The notes: a model not told the origin generated them from the sequence alone. Shown: positions 1 through 16,072, counted from the stretch's first letter. The stretch: 64,000 nt of DNA from Octopus sinensis (GCF_006345805.1 NC_042998.1:128774001-128838000); one strand, 5' to 3'. A program made the numbers and translations.

Positions 1-1420
1 TAACATTTGTTGCAGACCCTTGTTATCTCCATCATGAGGTTTAGCTTTCAACAATTCTTTGTTGGTTTTCTTCTTTTGCAGGTTCCATCTATTTGCATCA
101 CTTGATTTTTTACCCAACTGTCATTCTTCGATTGCATTGTAGTATCTCTATATTGTATAATAATAATGAAATTACTGTGAATAGTGCTCAGAACACTTTT
201 CTCTTACACACTACATACGATTCCTCTTATACCTAGTTTTTCTCTCAGCTAACCTGCACTTCATTCTTCATGCACACTTAACATTACACAACTTGAGGAG
301 CAGACTTGCTTTATTCCTTTCCAACTTTCAATACTCACATTTCACCACCAAACAATATTGCACCTTATTCACAAACATCATGTAATGCCTTTCACTTTGA
401 GAGAATCTCTTTGCTACCAACTAAACAGCTCCCTGAACTTTCACTCAGTCCTAACTCTGCATGTTTACTCTCAGAATGCCCCATAGTGTTAATCAGGTCA
501 TTGAGGTAACAGAGACTGTCAATTTGCCTGTGATCCCACTGCATATCTCTTGAACCAATACTTTGCCCCGAGTATACAGTATAGAGTTCCTACTCCTTTT
601 CTGAATATCAAGTATGACTATTTCCCAGCAGTATTCTCTCTTTTGTATTTCATCATCATCGTTTAACGTCCGCTTTCCATGCTAGCATGGGTTGGACGAT
701 TTGACTGAGGGCTGGCGAACCAGATGGCTACACCAGGCTTCAATCTTGATCGGGCAGAATTTCTACAGCTGGATGCCCTTCCTAACACCAACCACTCCGA
801 TTTCTGTTATTTTCCAGCCTACAAGCAACATAATAAATAATGTAAACATTCAAACATCATCACTACCTTTCCAAATCCTGCTGCATTTCACATGGAATTT
901 TTGATCCTCCAAAGTTGTCTAGATCTATAAATCAACCTACCTTTTTAGGCTATGAATTTTGGCCTGAAAAATTTGACTTGTATGCTGGAAAATATGGTAG
1001 GTGTACTTTTAAGGTATTTCAATTCTGGGCCCCACTTTCACATTAGTAATTTTTCTTTAATTTGTTCACTGATTCAAGAATGAGAACTAGGTAGCTAGCA
1101 TACTGGAATACATTTGGATAACTAGTCTTGAGCTCCTCTGCTATAATAAACAGGAGGAAGCTGAGGAGTGAGCTTTAAGGATCACCTACCTGCATGTTCA
1201 ATTCCTCATTCAATTCATTGCTAACTCTCACCTGGCTGCCAACACCCTTCTGTATAGCTAGTCTGACACTCATAAGTCATTCATCTGCATCCAGATTCCT
1301 TGGTGACCATCAGACTACTAAACATGATACTCTGTCAAAGGTTTTCTTCAGGCCAATGAATACAAGATACAGGGATTTGCATTTTTTTAAAAACTTCTAA
1401 TCTCAGTAACCCATCTGACC
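1..1420 (-). mobile_element. Degraded RTE-clade LINE ORF2 fragment, interrupted by a SINE at 651-800
   Basis: Minus strand 1080-1200 reads QVGDP*SSLLSFLLFII-AEELKTSYP-VFQYASYLVL, a decayed version of RT VGVHQGSVLSPLLF...YADDLVL. Confidence 0.6.
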
Positions 1421-2664
1421 ATCTCACTGAAGCTAATTTACACACACACACACACATTGTTAATTTGTTTCATGTGTTTTCTTCATGCTAACTTGAATTA
1501 GATGAAGACATTGTTTAGGCATTTTAGAGACATGAAATAGTTCTAATGGATTTTGACATGCACAAAAAAAAAAAAAAATCAAGGTCTAAAATCTTTTAAG
1601 AGTATCACTCACAGCTGTACTGCAGTACTTTCGGAGAGGAAAAAAGTCTGGTAAAATTCACCTACCGAAAGCCATGTACCATACCCAAATTTCCAATGGC
1701 AAATAGTTATCTTGAGTGGCACAAAAGCACCCGCAACAATATTGTCACATGCATCTAATAATGCTATAAAGCAGCTATAATAAATAATTGGTGGAATTCT
1801 AGTTTAAGTACGCTATATAACATCTCATAACTTTTTTATTTTCTGGGATTTTTAGATGTTTTCATATTAGTTTTCTACACAGGGGAATTTATATGATTAT
1901 GAAGAAAAAAACTTCTTTGTAACTTTTCAAAATTTTTCCTTAAATCAGAACTTAAAATACAGACAGTCCTTTTTTTTGCTTAAGTCCCAGTAGACTGTTA
2001 AATGTTTTTATGGGGAGAAAGATATTGAAAAACATCAATACGTCAAAGTGACAAAGAAATAAGGAGGGTATCAGGTAGTTGTGAGATATGCTAAAAATAA
2101 CAGCTAAATAGCTTTAAAAAAGTGTTTATTTTTTCTGATTTTTGCATACTCATATGAATTGCTGTGTGCAGAATATAAATTCACAAAAATTTTCTGAAAA
2201 TTCTAAAAGATAAAAGAGTTATGAAAGATTATATGGAGTGCTTAAACCAAAATCCCGACAAATAATCATATCTTTTATACAACACATATAAAAAGAAAAT
2301 TCAAACAACTTTAGCTGATAATTTATCCATTTCAGGAAACTTTATACAATGTAAACTGATTTAAATTACAGATCTTAAGCTGTTCTTGTTAGCAACAACA
2401 GATATTTTTAATTAAGAATAGTTAAGACAAACATTAATCAACATTACATTGATTGCTTCTCTTATGTGTGAATTCCTTCATTTATTTATTGCTTTTAATT
2501 TTTTGAAGTTTTTTTTCTGTTCTTTCACCATAACAATCCAAGAGCAGAGCATGGTATGTCCTCAATTTAACCATAAGCCAACTTGTCACATTTAGTGGGT
2601 CACATTCATTGACATAGTCAAATTAAAGTAAAACAATAAATTAACTAGAACAAAAACAATATAC

Positions 2665-2695
<31 letters not shown>

Positions 2696-2716
2696 AGTGT
2701 GTTTGTATGTGTATAC

Positions 2717-2753
<37 letters not shown>

Positions 2754-3351
2754 AATAAATAAATAAATAAAAAGAAGAAAAAAAAGAAATAAAAACATTC
2801 CAGTTAGATTTCTTCCACAAACAATATTATGCAAAAGGTTGAATGTAATCATCTGGCGCTGAGCAGAAATAGTTGTTGAAGCATCCAAAACACAAAATAG
2901 GCATCCACATCTATGCTCAAAGCTTTAGGGATGATGACAGAAATAATATAACAGTTAACATTATTCTATATAAATAACATGAATAAGTATATATTTATAA
3001 ATATTACTTTGAAAGAAATAATTACAAGAATGTTTCCTCACTGAAATTTCCAATCAAGATGTTCATTGTAACCTTTAATTTCAAAGTATTGATTACAAAT
3101 ATTACACTGTTAATACAAGCATGTGCACACGTGTGTTTGTCTGTGTGTGTGTGTGTATTCAAAGGGCCATCTTTGTCACATTTTGTGTCAAGCTGAATCT
3201 CCCTGAGAACTATGTTAAGGGTACGCGTATCTGTGGAATGCTCAGCCACTTGCATGTTAATTTCATGAGGAGGCTGTTCTGTTGAACGGATTTGACTGGA
3301 ACCCCCGTTATCGTAACAGATGGAGTGCCAGAGTGTGCGTGAATGCATATC

Positions 3352-3539
3352 TCAGAATATTCCAACCAGCTGGTCTTCGATTGAAAGTCCTGCTTCCATT
3401 ACACTATCTACTAATTTCTGATTAGCCCAATGTTGCACACACTTCAGTGTTACAGCATATAATAAGGACTGGGGGTCAATTGGCTTGCAAATAGTTACAT
3501 GATTAGCTTCAATTCCATAATACATTCCAAATCCAGGAT
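3352..3539 (-). CDS. SERAC1: SERAC1 coding exon 15 (last): [62 protein letters not shown]
   Basis: Poly-T tract and AG at 3541-3540, phase 1; TGA at 3354-3352; NH-x-x-ICKP motif carrying the presumed catalytic His. Confidence 0.93.
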
Positions 3540-6500
3540 CTACCAATACAAAAAAAAAAAGAAAAAAAAAACAGAAATGAGTAAAAAATAAAATTTAAAA
3601 AAACATACAATGGAAACATTTGTTGAATGATAACGAATGAGATATCTTGAAATTATCTAATTTCATTAATAAATTAAGTAATAATTATAATAAGTGGTTC
3701 TTTATCTGTGATAAGGCAATAAGTGTGGGTGGTGGGGGCATTATAAAAAGAGATTAAAAAATAATGGGGTGGGGTTTACATTTAGTGAAAAATATGCTGT
3801 GATATGAAAAATAATACAGTGTTAACATGTAAAAACATATAAATGAATAACTATCAGTTGTTACGTCTCTCTTTTTAGGAGAGTCACTTAGACTCTCTAA
3901 AAAAAGAGATATTAACCTAGAGCAAAATAGGGCTCCCCACATATCCTCAAATACCCTTTAAGACTAAGGGCAAAGTGTCATCTCCCTGGAACCATCAAGA
4001 TATACCAAGCCATCTTTTATCAAATTTACTAAAGACAGCACTTCTCAACTTCTACCTTCCTTCACAGGTGGTAACTGTAAAAATTGTTGAGGTATTGGCT
4101 GAAATGGAAAGCAAGTGTTTTCAATACTTGCTATCTCACCCACTACAGCATCACTTTGCCCATATCCTCACAGAGAGGAAAACTGCCCACATACCACAAG
4201 AAGGCAGCTGGACAATGTTTGGACACTGAACGAGTGCATGCAGTATGGTTTCGTCATTCTGCATACATCCTGTGTGACTAAATGCACTTCTATACCTTTA
4301 GAGTTTATCTCAAACTAGCAATGCTCTCTTGTAGCACAGCCAGACCAAAGAATTGTTCGCAAGCCATCATTTCTTATATTCTCCATTGACTGTATTACTC
4401 TGCCGACAGAGAGCACTGAGTGTCCGACAACATTCTAGATGCCAGATGCCTAATTTTGTCTGCATTTGACATAGGACTACAGATCAAAGAAATGAGCTGT
4501 GGAAGGATGTGTTTCACAACAATGACTATACAGGTTCCCCATCACCATTACTATAGACATGTTCAATGTAGTCTATCAAAAGCCCAGATGTGGTCTTGTC
4601 ACCAAGTTCTGTCTCCACCTCTAGGCCCTGTTGAATGGCCTTCATTCCTCTGTGTCTAAACATATGCATTTTAGCTTGGACAATGCAGTCTCCATATTTT
4701 GGTTTGAAGAAATGCTCAAGACATTCTTGGTGCTTGCACTTTATATTCACTGGTTTTTTTCTATTGGCCTCTTTGAGGCTACCTTCTAACTCTTTCTCCA
4801 TTTTAGCATTTTCTAGTGTTACTTCCTAATTAAAACTAATGGATTCTGTTCCAATTTTCTTTTTTAATGGCACCTACTTCCAGTTGCTGATGATTGCTCT
4901 CATCAAATTCCTGCTTAACTAGTTTGCTAATCTGCTCTCTGAAAATTTTCTGTGTTGAACAATATGTTATTGTGATTCTTGAGGATGGTCATTTTGCTCT
5001 TAACCAATTAAACACACACACACACACTATTTATTTGAGCTTTATTTTAATTTTTATTTGTATTATCTTTAGTTTATACTTCTGTCAAATACATAAATGT
5101 AACAATATATTAGTTTTCCAATAGTTAGATCTTGTCTAGGCATATATCTAGGCTTTCAGTACACGTCAAAAACTTTTGGGTCTGTGTACATAACCACCTT
5201 GAATTGTCAACATCCCACACTGTCTCTATAAACCTCTAAACATGACTTAGAAGACTCACTATCATCATCATCATCATCATCGTTTAACGTCCGCTTTCCA
5301 TGCTAGCATGGGTTGGACAGTTCGACTGGGGTCTGGGAAGCTAGGAGGCTGCACCAGGCCCAGTCTGATCTGGCAGAGTTTCTACAGCTGGATGCCCTTC
5401 CTAATGCCAACCACTCCGTGAGTGTAGTGGGTGCTTTTTACGTGCCAAGCGAGGCTGGCAATGGCCACGATCGGTTGGTGCTCTTTACGTGCCACCGGCA
5501 CAGGCCGGTCGGGGCGGCGCTGGCAACAGCCACATTTGGATAGTTCTTTTATGTGCCACCGGCACTGGCATCATAACTACAATTTCTATTGATTTTTGAG
5601 CAATTTCGATTCCGATTAAACTATAGTTTAGCAATGTCCATATTGTTAGAGTTTAAACTTACCCACTTTGATCAGATAATCTTTCACAATCCCAGCATGT
5701 ACCCAATCCTCTCCACTAAACTAGTGGGTAGGATGTTCTAATGAAAGTTTCCAGGCGCCTAAAGAAATGTGGTCACCCAACCCCTATCAGTATAAAGGAC
5801 CATCAAACTCAAAGCATCCAGGACCATCAATCAACCATCAGAGTCCAAAAAGATTGTCTTTATTTGGAGATTCAGACCATTTTGTATCAAAACTGTCATA
5901 CTATTTGATATGAGATTATTGTTTTCTACTCTCAGCATAAGGCTTGAAATTTTGGGGGAGGGGGCCAGTCAATTAGATTGACCCAGTACGCAACTGGTAC
6001 TTAATTTATCGACCCCGAAAGGATGAAAGGCAAAATTGCCCTCAGCGGAATTTGAACTCAGAACATAAAGACAAACGAAATACTGCGAAGCATTTTGTCT
6101 GGCATGTTAATGTTTCTGCCAGCATGCCGCCTTTTTGATATGAGAGTATTGATTAATCTATGAGGCTTACATTTGCATAAGGTGTAAACCTCATTGTTTA
6201 ATAACCTGAAGTCACTTGTAAAGTGACATTGCTTCCAGAGACCTCAACAGGTCATGTGTATTCATGCATCCCACTCACAACATTGCTTGAGATGAAGTTG
6301 GAAGGAAACTTTTTACGCATGTTGACTCATGTATTTTGTGTTCTTAATAAAATTTCTCCGGCATTCTGGGAGCTGTAGTCTCATATCCATTGCAAATTTC
6401 AACCTCATAATTTACAATAAAGTAGAAACAAAGGGGCAGGGAATGGCAACACATGGTTGTCCTCACCAAGGGACTGTCCTTTGTAGCTTTTAAGAAGAGT

Positions 6501-9500
6501 TTATCCACCACTATTTTGGAGAAGGAGGAGGAAGATGTTGCTTTTGGGTAGCTCCAATTAAGTCTGTTTGATTAGGAAAAAACCTTACACATATAAAAAG
6601 CAGACAAGTAAAATGGGATAAATAATATTACGTACCACTTGAGTGAGGAGGAACAATGAGTGCTTGAAAGCGCATGCCTAGAGGTGTCTTTTGTAACTCA
6701 CCAAAACTAACACATTTTATTTCACTTGAAACGATCAGTTCCTGAAAGTTCTTATGAAGTGTTCTAAGAAACAAAGAATCTGGAAAGGAGAGAGGGGAAA
6801 AAGAAAAAAATTATAGAAAACTTTGTGATGTAAAAAAGAGAGAGAAGGAATGATAAGAAATGATTTCATCAACATTGGTGCCAAAGAAATTCTATAAGAA
6901 TCAAGATCTCAGTCTATCAGGTTCAGGAATACAAGCTTTCTCTTCCTCTTCACCATAAAGTTCTGAGTTTTAATTTTCAAATTCCATCATAGCAAAACTA
7001 ACTAAATATGCTATCATCCATGAACTCTTTAAAGCCTCTGAAACTTCAAAAAAGTTTAAAGCTTTTGCAATTTTTGAAACATTTTAAACTTTAAAACTTC
7101 ATAATTCTGAAACTTTTGAATTTTTTGAGAGATTTAGTGAATTGTTCTAGAAACATTTTTTAGGGTTTTTTTAACCTTATTAAGCTTTAAAAAAATTTTG
7201 TAAGTAATTTTTTTGAGATTTCTTTAAAGAAAAAAGAATTTTCTAAAAAAAACCTTTTCATCTTTTGTGATCTTGCTCTTAATTGCTCTTAAATTTTCAT
7301 AATCTATTCAATTACAGTATTTCCTCCCCCTCTTTTATCTTTCCAACTTCTAGTAATAGTGTCACCCTATTGTCTTACTATACTATTTTAATATTTGTTT
7401 TCCATACTTGCATGGCTTGAACAAATCCATATAACATTTTGTTACTTGTCTTAGTTAACCTACCTGTGAGGTCAAACATCTGACCTCACTGCTTTCTACC
7501 AATAGCATGAAATGCACATTTTCACCTACCATGTTTTATTTTTTAATTAACTGATATCATGTTTTGTGGAAAAACTGTTCAGTCACAAGCTTCCAACAGA
7601 CTCCTCATGTCTGATCGTGAGGGTATCTCAACAACTTCGTTCACTTCAAAGATTATTCAATCACATCACATGATCATAACAGTGCAGTCGTCTTTCTTGC
7701 ATAGAAAACATGTCTTTATATATATGAGTTAGTAACTCACATATATATTATGTGAAGGCAAATGGCTCGGTGGTTAGAGCATCAGGCTCACAATCATGAG
7801 GTAGTGAGTTCAATTTCCAGAGAGGGCTGTGTGTTGTATTCTTGAGCAAGACACTTTATTTCACATTGCTCCAGTTCACTCAGCTGTAGAAATAAGCTGT
7901 GATGTCATTGGTATCAAACTGTATCAGCCTTTGCCTTTCCCTTGGATAACATCGGAGGCATGGAGAGTGGAGACTGGTATACATGGACAACTGCTGGTCT
8001 TCCATAAACAACCTTGCTTGGACTTGTGCCTTGGAGGTTAACTATCTAGGTGCAATCCCATGGTCATTCATGACCAAAGGGAATCTTTTTTTAGTAACTC
8101 ATATATATATATAAAAGGCATAAATTTTCTGTAAAGATATTTCTGATGATTATTCAAAATTCTGACTACCAATTTTTTCTTAATATATAAAATCAGTACA
8201 CCACTTCAAACAATCTATACAATACACACACGTATCACGGATGCCCTTCCTAATGCTAACCATTCCAAGAGCGTAGTGGGTGCTTTGTCTTGATACTGTT
8301 TGGATGCTGTGTAAAAACATTGCTACTATCTATCCGATGGTGCTTTTGTTAATAATCTGCAATGCACACATATCCAGGTATTGAGTAGTTCATTGTTTGA
8401 AGGACTCTAGGGAAATAGATCCTTTCATGGAGGGTTGGCAACAGAAAAAGCATTTTGGCCACAGAAAAACTGCCTAAGTTTTGTTGGTGGACATTAAAAT
8501 GTTAACAATGATTATAATCATACTTTTTCCAATGACATCACCAAAAGAGGAAAAGTGATTCTACAACCAAGAGTGATATCATCTGATTTTAGAAAATAGA
8601 AATTTAGTTTGAGAGAAAGGAGAAATGTAACAGTCTTTGTACCCACCTGGGTCGAGTTCTTTAACCTCAATAGAAGGATACAACAAAAACCAGGCTTGTT
8701 TCCATAATGTTGCTAAGGTGGAACCACGATGTGGGACACTATAAAATACAATACCCTTACTATTTTTCACAACTTTTCTCTCCATCAGTTCATCCAGTAG
8801 CAACATCTGTTTTATCAAAAGACCTATCAATGAATAAATGATTGAATTCAAATTAGAATTAAAAGAAACAAGTTGTTTTTTTTTTGCTTTAAATAAATTT
8901 GTTTTTCATTACTTTTTTTTTTCAAAATTATTTTATTTAAATTCCTTTCTATTATAGACATAAGGTCTGAAACAAGCACCAGTTAAGCACAAGGTTTCCT
9001 TTGAAATATGTGATTTGAGGGAGTTCGGCTGTTATTTCAAGTAGGTTAAACGCCCACATAGAGACTCCTGTCTTGGCTTGAAAGCAGTAAGGAATGTTGC
9101 ACGCTTGCGCGTGAGAGAGAGAGAGTGTGTGTGTGTGAAAGTGAGAGAGAGAGAATAAAAGAAAAAAAAAAGCGTGTGAGAATCCGTGCAACACAAGGTA
9201 CATAACTCTGTTGGGCCTTGCTTCATGTTCGAAAATGGAAGGTGTCATAAGTTTCTACTGATAACTAAAAAGCATCCTTCTTACAAAGTGACAGACTCAA
9301 TCTATGGGAGTCAATAAAAGTTTTTGGCAGGGTTTAAACTTCCATCTTTAGATCAAAGGAACTTAATTGGAAAAATAAGGTACATACTTGAATTTTTTTA
9401 CTACTGCTAGAAATGGTAAGAGAAGCTTGGAGTTCTCACTGAAAATTGGTAGAAACACACAGCCATCTTTTCATGGATTTGCCATGTAATCTCCCCCATT

Positions 9501-12500
9501 GGTTCTGTTTGAGCTATGGGGAAGTCATCTAGCAAAAACGGTCATTGCAGTTTGGATATGATGTCGTACCGGAAGTACCATACTTTACACCTAAGTAAAT
9601 GGCTTTTGTCAACAGCCCTGAACCAGATGTTGGACCATGGTACCTTTAACTTTGCATTTGTCCTCTCAGAGTATTGTTATTATTCTTCTTAAGGTACTGA
9701 ATTCAAGAGTGTTGTAGTTTGCTTGAAACATTGTAGAGCAGAAGCAGAAAAAGAAAAGGAAAATAAAGAAAGCTTCTAACAATGTAGAAAGTTTTACAAA
9801 AAACTTTATATTTCAGGTGCAAAGGCTTATCTTCAGAAGGAAGCAGTCCAAGAAACGACTACTTACATCATTACCATGCTGGACGAAATGCTTAGTGGCA
9901 GTTCTTCCAAATCTTTACATTCTGAGTCCAAATGCCACAGAGGTCAAACTTTCTCTTTCATTTTTTTCAGAGCTGATAAAATGCATATCAGTTAAGCATC
10001 AGGGCTGATGTACTTGACGTACCAACTAACCCTCAAATTGCTGGCCTTGTGCCAAAATTAGTAAATATATTATTAATGTCACTGAAGGTTGTGAATTTAT
10101 AATAACCTCATTATTACTCCTTCCCATATAAATTTACAGTTGAAATGATTTGAAAATTATTTTCTCTAATTCAAGGTCAGAAAAAAAAATAAACAAAAAT
10201 AAAAATAAGAAAAGAACTAAAAAAAGAGTTGAGTGACAGAAAAGGTGGGGTTCTACTTACCCCCCATAGAGTGTCCGATCCAGATAATGGGTCGCTCACC
10301 AATTCCAGCTTTGCGCAACTTTTGAAGAATTAGCTTGGCTCGAACGAATAATGACCGTCTGGAAATCAACAGAAATAAATATCAACCAATAAAAGAAAAA
10401 GAGTTTAATATTTACCAACCCTCACCTGTTTCAAAATAAAGTAAATTTTTCCCCATAAAATTGACAAATTTTCATGGATGATCATAAATAAAGGACACCC
10501 CTTGCAAGACAGTTATACTCATTTACGACTATCACATGACATCATAACAATGTAACAATAACATGCAGACATGTGTGTGTATGTGTGTGTGTGTGCATAT
10601 ATTCTTTTACTTATTTCAGTCATTTCACTGTAATCATGCACCATCAGCACTGCCTTTAGTCGAACAAATTGACTCAAGAACTTATTCTTTTGTAAGCCTA
10701 GTACTTATTCTATTGGTCTCTTTTGCTGAACCGCAAAGTTATAGAGACATAAACATATCAACATTGGTTGTCAAGCAATGGCAGGGGGACAAATACAGAC
10801 ACACAAATACATACACATATATATATGATGGGCTTCTTTCGGTTTCCCGTCTACCAAATCCACTCACAAGGCTTTGGTCAGCCCAAGGCTATAGTAGAAG
10901 GCACTTGTCCAAGGTGCCCACGCAGTGGGACTGAATCCGGAACCATTTGGCTGGGAAGCAAGGGGATAGTCGATTACATCAACCCCAGTACTCAAGTGGT
11001 ACTTAATTTATCGACCCTAAAAGGATGAAAGGCAAAGTTGACCTTGGCAGAATTTAAACTCAGAACATAATGGCAGATGAAATACTGCTAAGCATTTCGC
11101 TTGGTGTGCTAACGATTCTGCCAGCTTGCCACCCTATGGGATGCATATTATCAGCCATGTAGACTGAGCAAAGTATAAAGTAATAGCAAATATTTAGTTT
11201 GTACTGTTGATTCATATAAGAAGTAATTCAAAAATTTTAGACCCTACAACCACACACTGTTGTTACTGTCATCAATTTCGTTAGCAATACAAAATGCTGT
11301 TATAAATAATAATGAAATTATTGTATAGTGCTCAGGTGCACCACAACTTCTCAAAAGTGCGTATAAAGCATATGCAGTAATGTACAAAAGTCTGGAAAGC
11401 GAACAGTGTGCGAGTCAGATACATGCTTGCGTGTGTATGGAGAGGAGAAAATCAGGTGTAGTGTTGGCGAATCTCAGGAAGCATGGAAGTTTTGAAGGAT
11501 GCAGTGCTCCGACAACAACTGATGCTGGCAGTTTATTCCATATATATTGATTTATATGTCATGTAGTGTTATTCAACTATTGATCTCTTATTTACAGATT
11601 GATAATATATCTCCAATTCTTCATGGACAATTCCTTGTGTTTCCTTGAAGGACTTTTAAAGCTGGAGGTCCTTTCCCACACCAAATTCTGCAACATAGTG
11701 AATTGGCTATGTTTACTGTGACACAAGGCTTCAATTGGTGTAAAGACAAAATATGAAATTCTTCAAATACTTACTTTTCCCTGTCGAATGGACATATGGC
11801 TGATAGTTCACTGAGATAGGTATCATATTCGACTGTAAGAACCCGAATATGTGGGCAATCTTGAGGTAACCAGCTCTGTTTAAAATAAATAATAGATTTC
11901 TTCAGCAAAATCATCATCAACATCATTTAACGTTTGCTTTCCATGCTGGCATGGGTTGGATGGTTTGACTGAGCACTGGCAAGCCAGTAGGCTGCACCAG
12001 GCTCCAATCTGATCTGGCAAGGTTTCTACAGTTGGATGCCCTTCATAATGCCAACCACTCTGAGAGTGTAAGTGGATGCTTTTTACGTGCCAACAGCATG
12101 GTAGCCAGTCAGAGCATTGACCACATTCAGTTGGTGCTTTTTATGTACCACCGGCACAGGAGCCAGATCACGTTCACATGGTGCTTTTAAGTGTAAATAA
12201 TTTCTCTGTCAGGAACATACCTGATTGGAGATACTGTAAATATTTACTTATCACACACCTAGTAAGTTAATGAAGCCAATGAAGGAATCACTACATGGTT
12301 GACTTTCTATAAATAGTAGCCAAATTTCCATCAAATTACATCTTCCTATCTTCAAGACTACACTGGAAAGAGTAGTCCTAGTGGCTATGGTTAGAAAACT
12401 CTTGATCACAGGTCTGTTCAAGCATGGCAGATTTGAGGCAAAACAATAAGTCAGTCAGTTTTTTTATAAGAGGTGTACATTATCAGGATCAACTCCATCA

Positions 12501-12851
12501 GGGATCAGACTTTGTGACTTAAGAAAGATAAGGAAGTGAAGGTTGTCATCTTCCTCTCTTTCTCAAATAATTACAACTGAAAACTGAAACTGGTTTAGTC
12601 GACTGTCTATACTATCATGCTTCTATCTACACTGTGTTACAATTAATGCTATGCTTATGCTACAACTAAGCTAACTATGTTGTTATTTACACTATTAATT
12701 ATTCTATGTTGCTTTCTATGCTACTAAACTACTATTTGTGATAAGCTGAACTCTAAGCTACTATCTATATTACGCTTATGCTGAACTATGGCATATGCCA
12801 CTATCTATACAAGTACACACTTATGCTACAATCTATGTTATTGCTTTCCTG

Positions 12852-12911
<60 letters not shown>

Positions 12912-15900
12912 ATGTTTTTCTGGTGGTCGCAGTTGCAGGACGTCCTGACTTTGGGTTATCTTCAAGACTCTCCCTTCCTCTCCTAAATTCAGCGACCTAC
13001 TTTTGCACTGTTAATAAAACTAGAGCATCATCCCCTAATAGGACAATCATGCCAGAATTAATGTTATTGGGAGCTAAATCCTTTTTCTGCAGGTACTTGA
13101 TAACACTATGATGATGCCAAATTTTGTCCATTTTCAAGAGGTCATTACTAGTTACTTTTGAAGTCGTTTTTGAACAATCAGATGTTAGTTTACCTGGAAA
13201 GAAACAATGTGACTATTAATAAGAAAGAGTTGAAATTATTGTATGCAAAATTTTACAGCTCTAGCATAACTCCTTCATAGTTAGCCTATGAACTTTTCAG
13301 CCCAGTCTTGTAAGAAAAAAAAATTCAAACTTTAAAAAAACTGTAGAAATAGTAAGAGGAAAGGAAAGGAAGTAAATAAAAGAATATCTTACCTTTGGCC
13401 AGCATCGAGTATAGAGACCTTGAGATATTGACTCTTCCAGTTCGGCAATATCTTTCTGGTCAGAACCTCCTTGTCGCCACGTTTTAAATGGACCTCCAAG
13501 TAAACCATGAACAAACACAACATCTGCATATATAGGTTCCCTGAAAAATAATAAAATGCTATGATAGAAATTTAGTTACATCACTGCCTCCACCACTATT
13601 CTCATTTTACATCTGCTTTCCATGCTGGCATGGATTGGAGAGGTCATCACAGTTTGGGTCAGATCTTGTTTAGGGGTTAATGCCCAGCTAGACATGGCCA
13701 AGAGACCATGCCTTTCTCATCTATTTTCACTTGGCATGGTGTCTATAGGTGGATGCCCTTCCTAACACCAACTACTTTACAGAGTGTACTAAGTGCATTT
13801 CTTTGTGGCACTCGTACAAGAGAGAGACTGTCATGATCCTGGCAAAACAAGACTACCTTTTGAGCCTATGATGTTCCCAACCATTCAACCACCATTTTAC
13901 AAAATGTAATGGATGCAATTTATCATAAAATCAGGACTTGTGAGGTTACCTTGTTCCAGGACCCTCACTGTTCTATTTTGTCTCTAATTGTTTAAAGTAT
14001 CATGACCGTTAGAGTGGTAAAAGAGAGAACTGTTGCTGAGGATGGATTAAGGTGAGAGAGAGGGGCAGGCATTGGTGGAAAACGGTGGAAAAATGGGAAC
14101 GATATTGTACAGAAGGAGAAATAGTAGTGACATAGAGGAAATGACAGCTAAACATTTGTAGGTGAAGTAGCAGAAAATTGAGAACAAAAGATAAACATCA
14201 AACAGAAAATTCAATATACTGTTGTTATAGATGATGTCCTGAATCAGCAGAACAGACTTGGCCTTCCTGACAATGTGTTTGACTAGTGAGAATGTTTGTC
14301 TCTTGGAAGGAATGGCATTTCCTCCCCCTCCCACCACCATCACAGAGGCCTCTAACTCTTTCTAAACAATACACATGAAGAACTTGGCCACATTCAAGAA
14401 CTAATGATCTCTGAATTACTCTAGTGGTATTTGGCAGCTACAGCCACAAGCATCGCATATATTTTTGTTCCCTGGGTTACATTGGAATCTACTATGTTAA
14501 TATAGTTGAGATGTTTCGAAGAGAAATGAAAAAGTTAAAATTTAGTGCATGCTACTTGAGACCATGTTAAGGTCATCTTCTATTTATGACCCACTAAAGA
14601 TGTGTTCACAAATATATGATGCCCTATGTATGTACATGTGTGTGTTTATTTAATTCCAATCCATGCTAGCATGCGTTGAGAGGCTTAATACATTTAATGG
14701 GGAAATGGACATTATCTTGCTCCAATGTCTCAATTATGTTATGGTTTCTATTGCTAGATGCCCTTACTAATGTCATTTACTTGACTGAATCCACTCTCTC
14801 TCTCTTTTACTCTTTTACTTGTTTCAGTCATTTGACTGTAGCCATGCTGGAGCACTGCCTTTAATCGAGCAAAGTGACCCCCCAGGACTTATTCTTTGTA
14901 AGCCTAGTACTTATTCTATCAATCTCTTCTGCTGAACTGCTAAGTTATGGGGATGTAAACACACCAGCATCGGTTGTCAAGCGATGTTGGGGAGACAAAC
15001 ACAGACACACAAACACACATACCCATATATATATATACATATATACGATGGGCTTCTTTCAGTTTCCGTCTACCAAATCCACTCACAAGGCTTTGGCTGG
15101 CCTGAGGCTATAGTAGAAGACACTTGCCCAAGGTGCCACGCAGTGGGACTGAACCTGGAACCATGTGGTTGGTAAGCAAGCTACTTACCACACAGCCACT
15201 CCTGCGCACTGTGTATTTTTTTTTTGTGATACCTAAACTAGTTACCTTGTAACTCACAAGACTAAAAAGCGCTCACAACATAGAAGTAGAAAAGCAGAAT
15301 GAGTAGTGACTTTAGGCGAAATGTTGAGATGTATGATAGAAGAAACAGAAGGATAAAACTTACAGTAACAATGATAACAAGATCAAGGAAGGGAATAATA
15401 AAAGGGGAAAAAGAAATGTCAAGGATAGTGAGAGTGAGCCAGGGAATGATGAGGAAAACAGTGGGTAGGTTGAACAGGAGGAGATTCAGGGTTACCCTAT
15501 TTTATATATGGATGGGTAGAGTGGATGGAAGTACATGAGATGAAGTGGTGAAAACTGATCTCAGGATGTTGAGTTTCATGGAAAAGATAACAAAGGATAA
15601 AGATGATTGGAGACATGTAATGCTCAAGAAGACCTGCTCACCTTTGCAAACATGGTAAAACAGGTGGTGCAGATGGACGCTGGAGCGTAATGTATATGCG
15701 CACATATCTGTGTCCCTTGCTCAATATGTCCCTGTCGAGTATACATCCGCTTCCCCTACCATCATCCCCAACCATTCGTCTCTCCATTAATGTCACCAAA
15801 ATGAAATAACTCTTAATAAATGCTTAATTTTTGAGGTGGGTACGGTGAAATCACTGAGGGTGAAAATAAAATAAAATATTGTTACTTACTTGGATCTGTA

Positions 15901-16072
15901 TATAGGATGGAGGACATAAATACCATCATGGTACATGGCTGAGGCACTGTCAATGTCCATGTTGGCTAAGGCACGTGCTGTGTTGAGGCAAACATCTATA
16001 TCCACAGATTTCAACCATTTCACAAGGATACTCACCCACCCTGCAATAAATATACAAATATTAGTATATAAA

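Noticed and set aside
4526-4801. 91-aa ORF as an extra SERAC1 exon or nested gene
   Set aside because: No fitting splice sites, SERAC1 is complete without it, and it is continuous with a decayed L1/Tx1 fragment.
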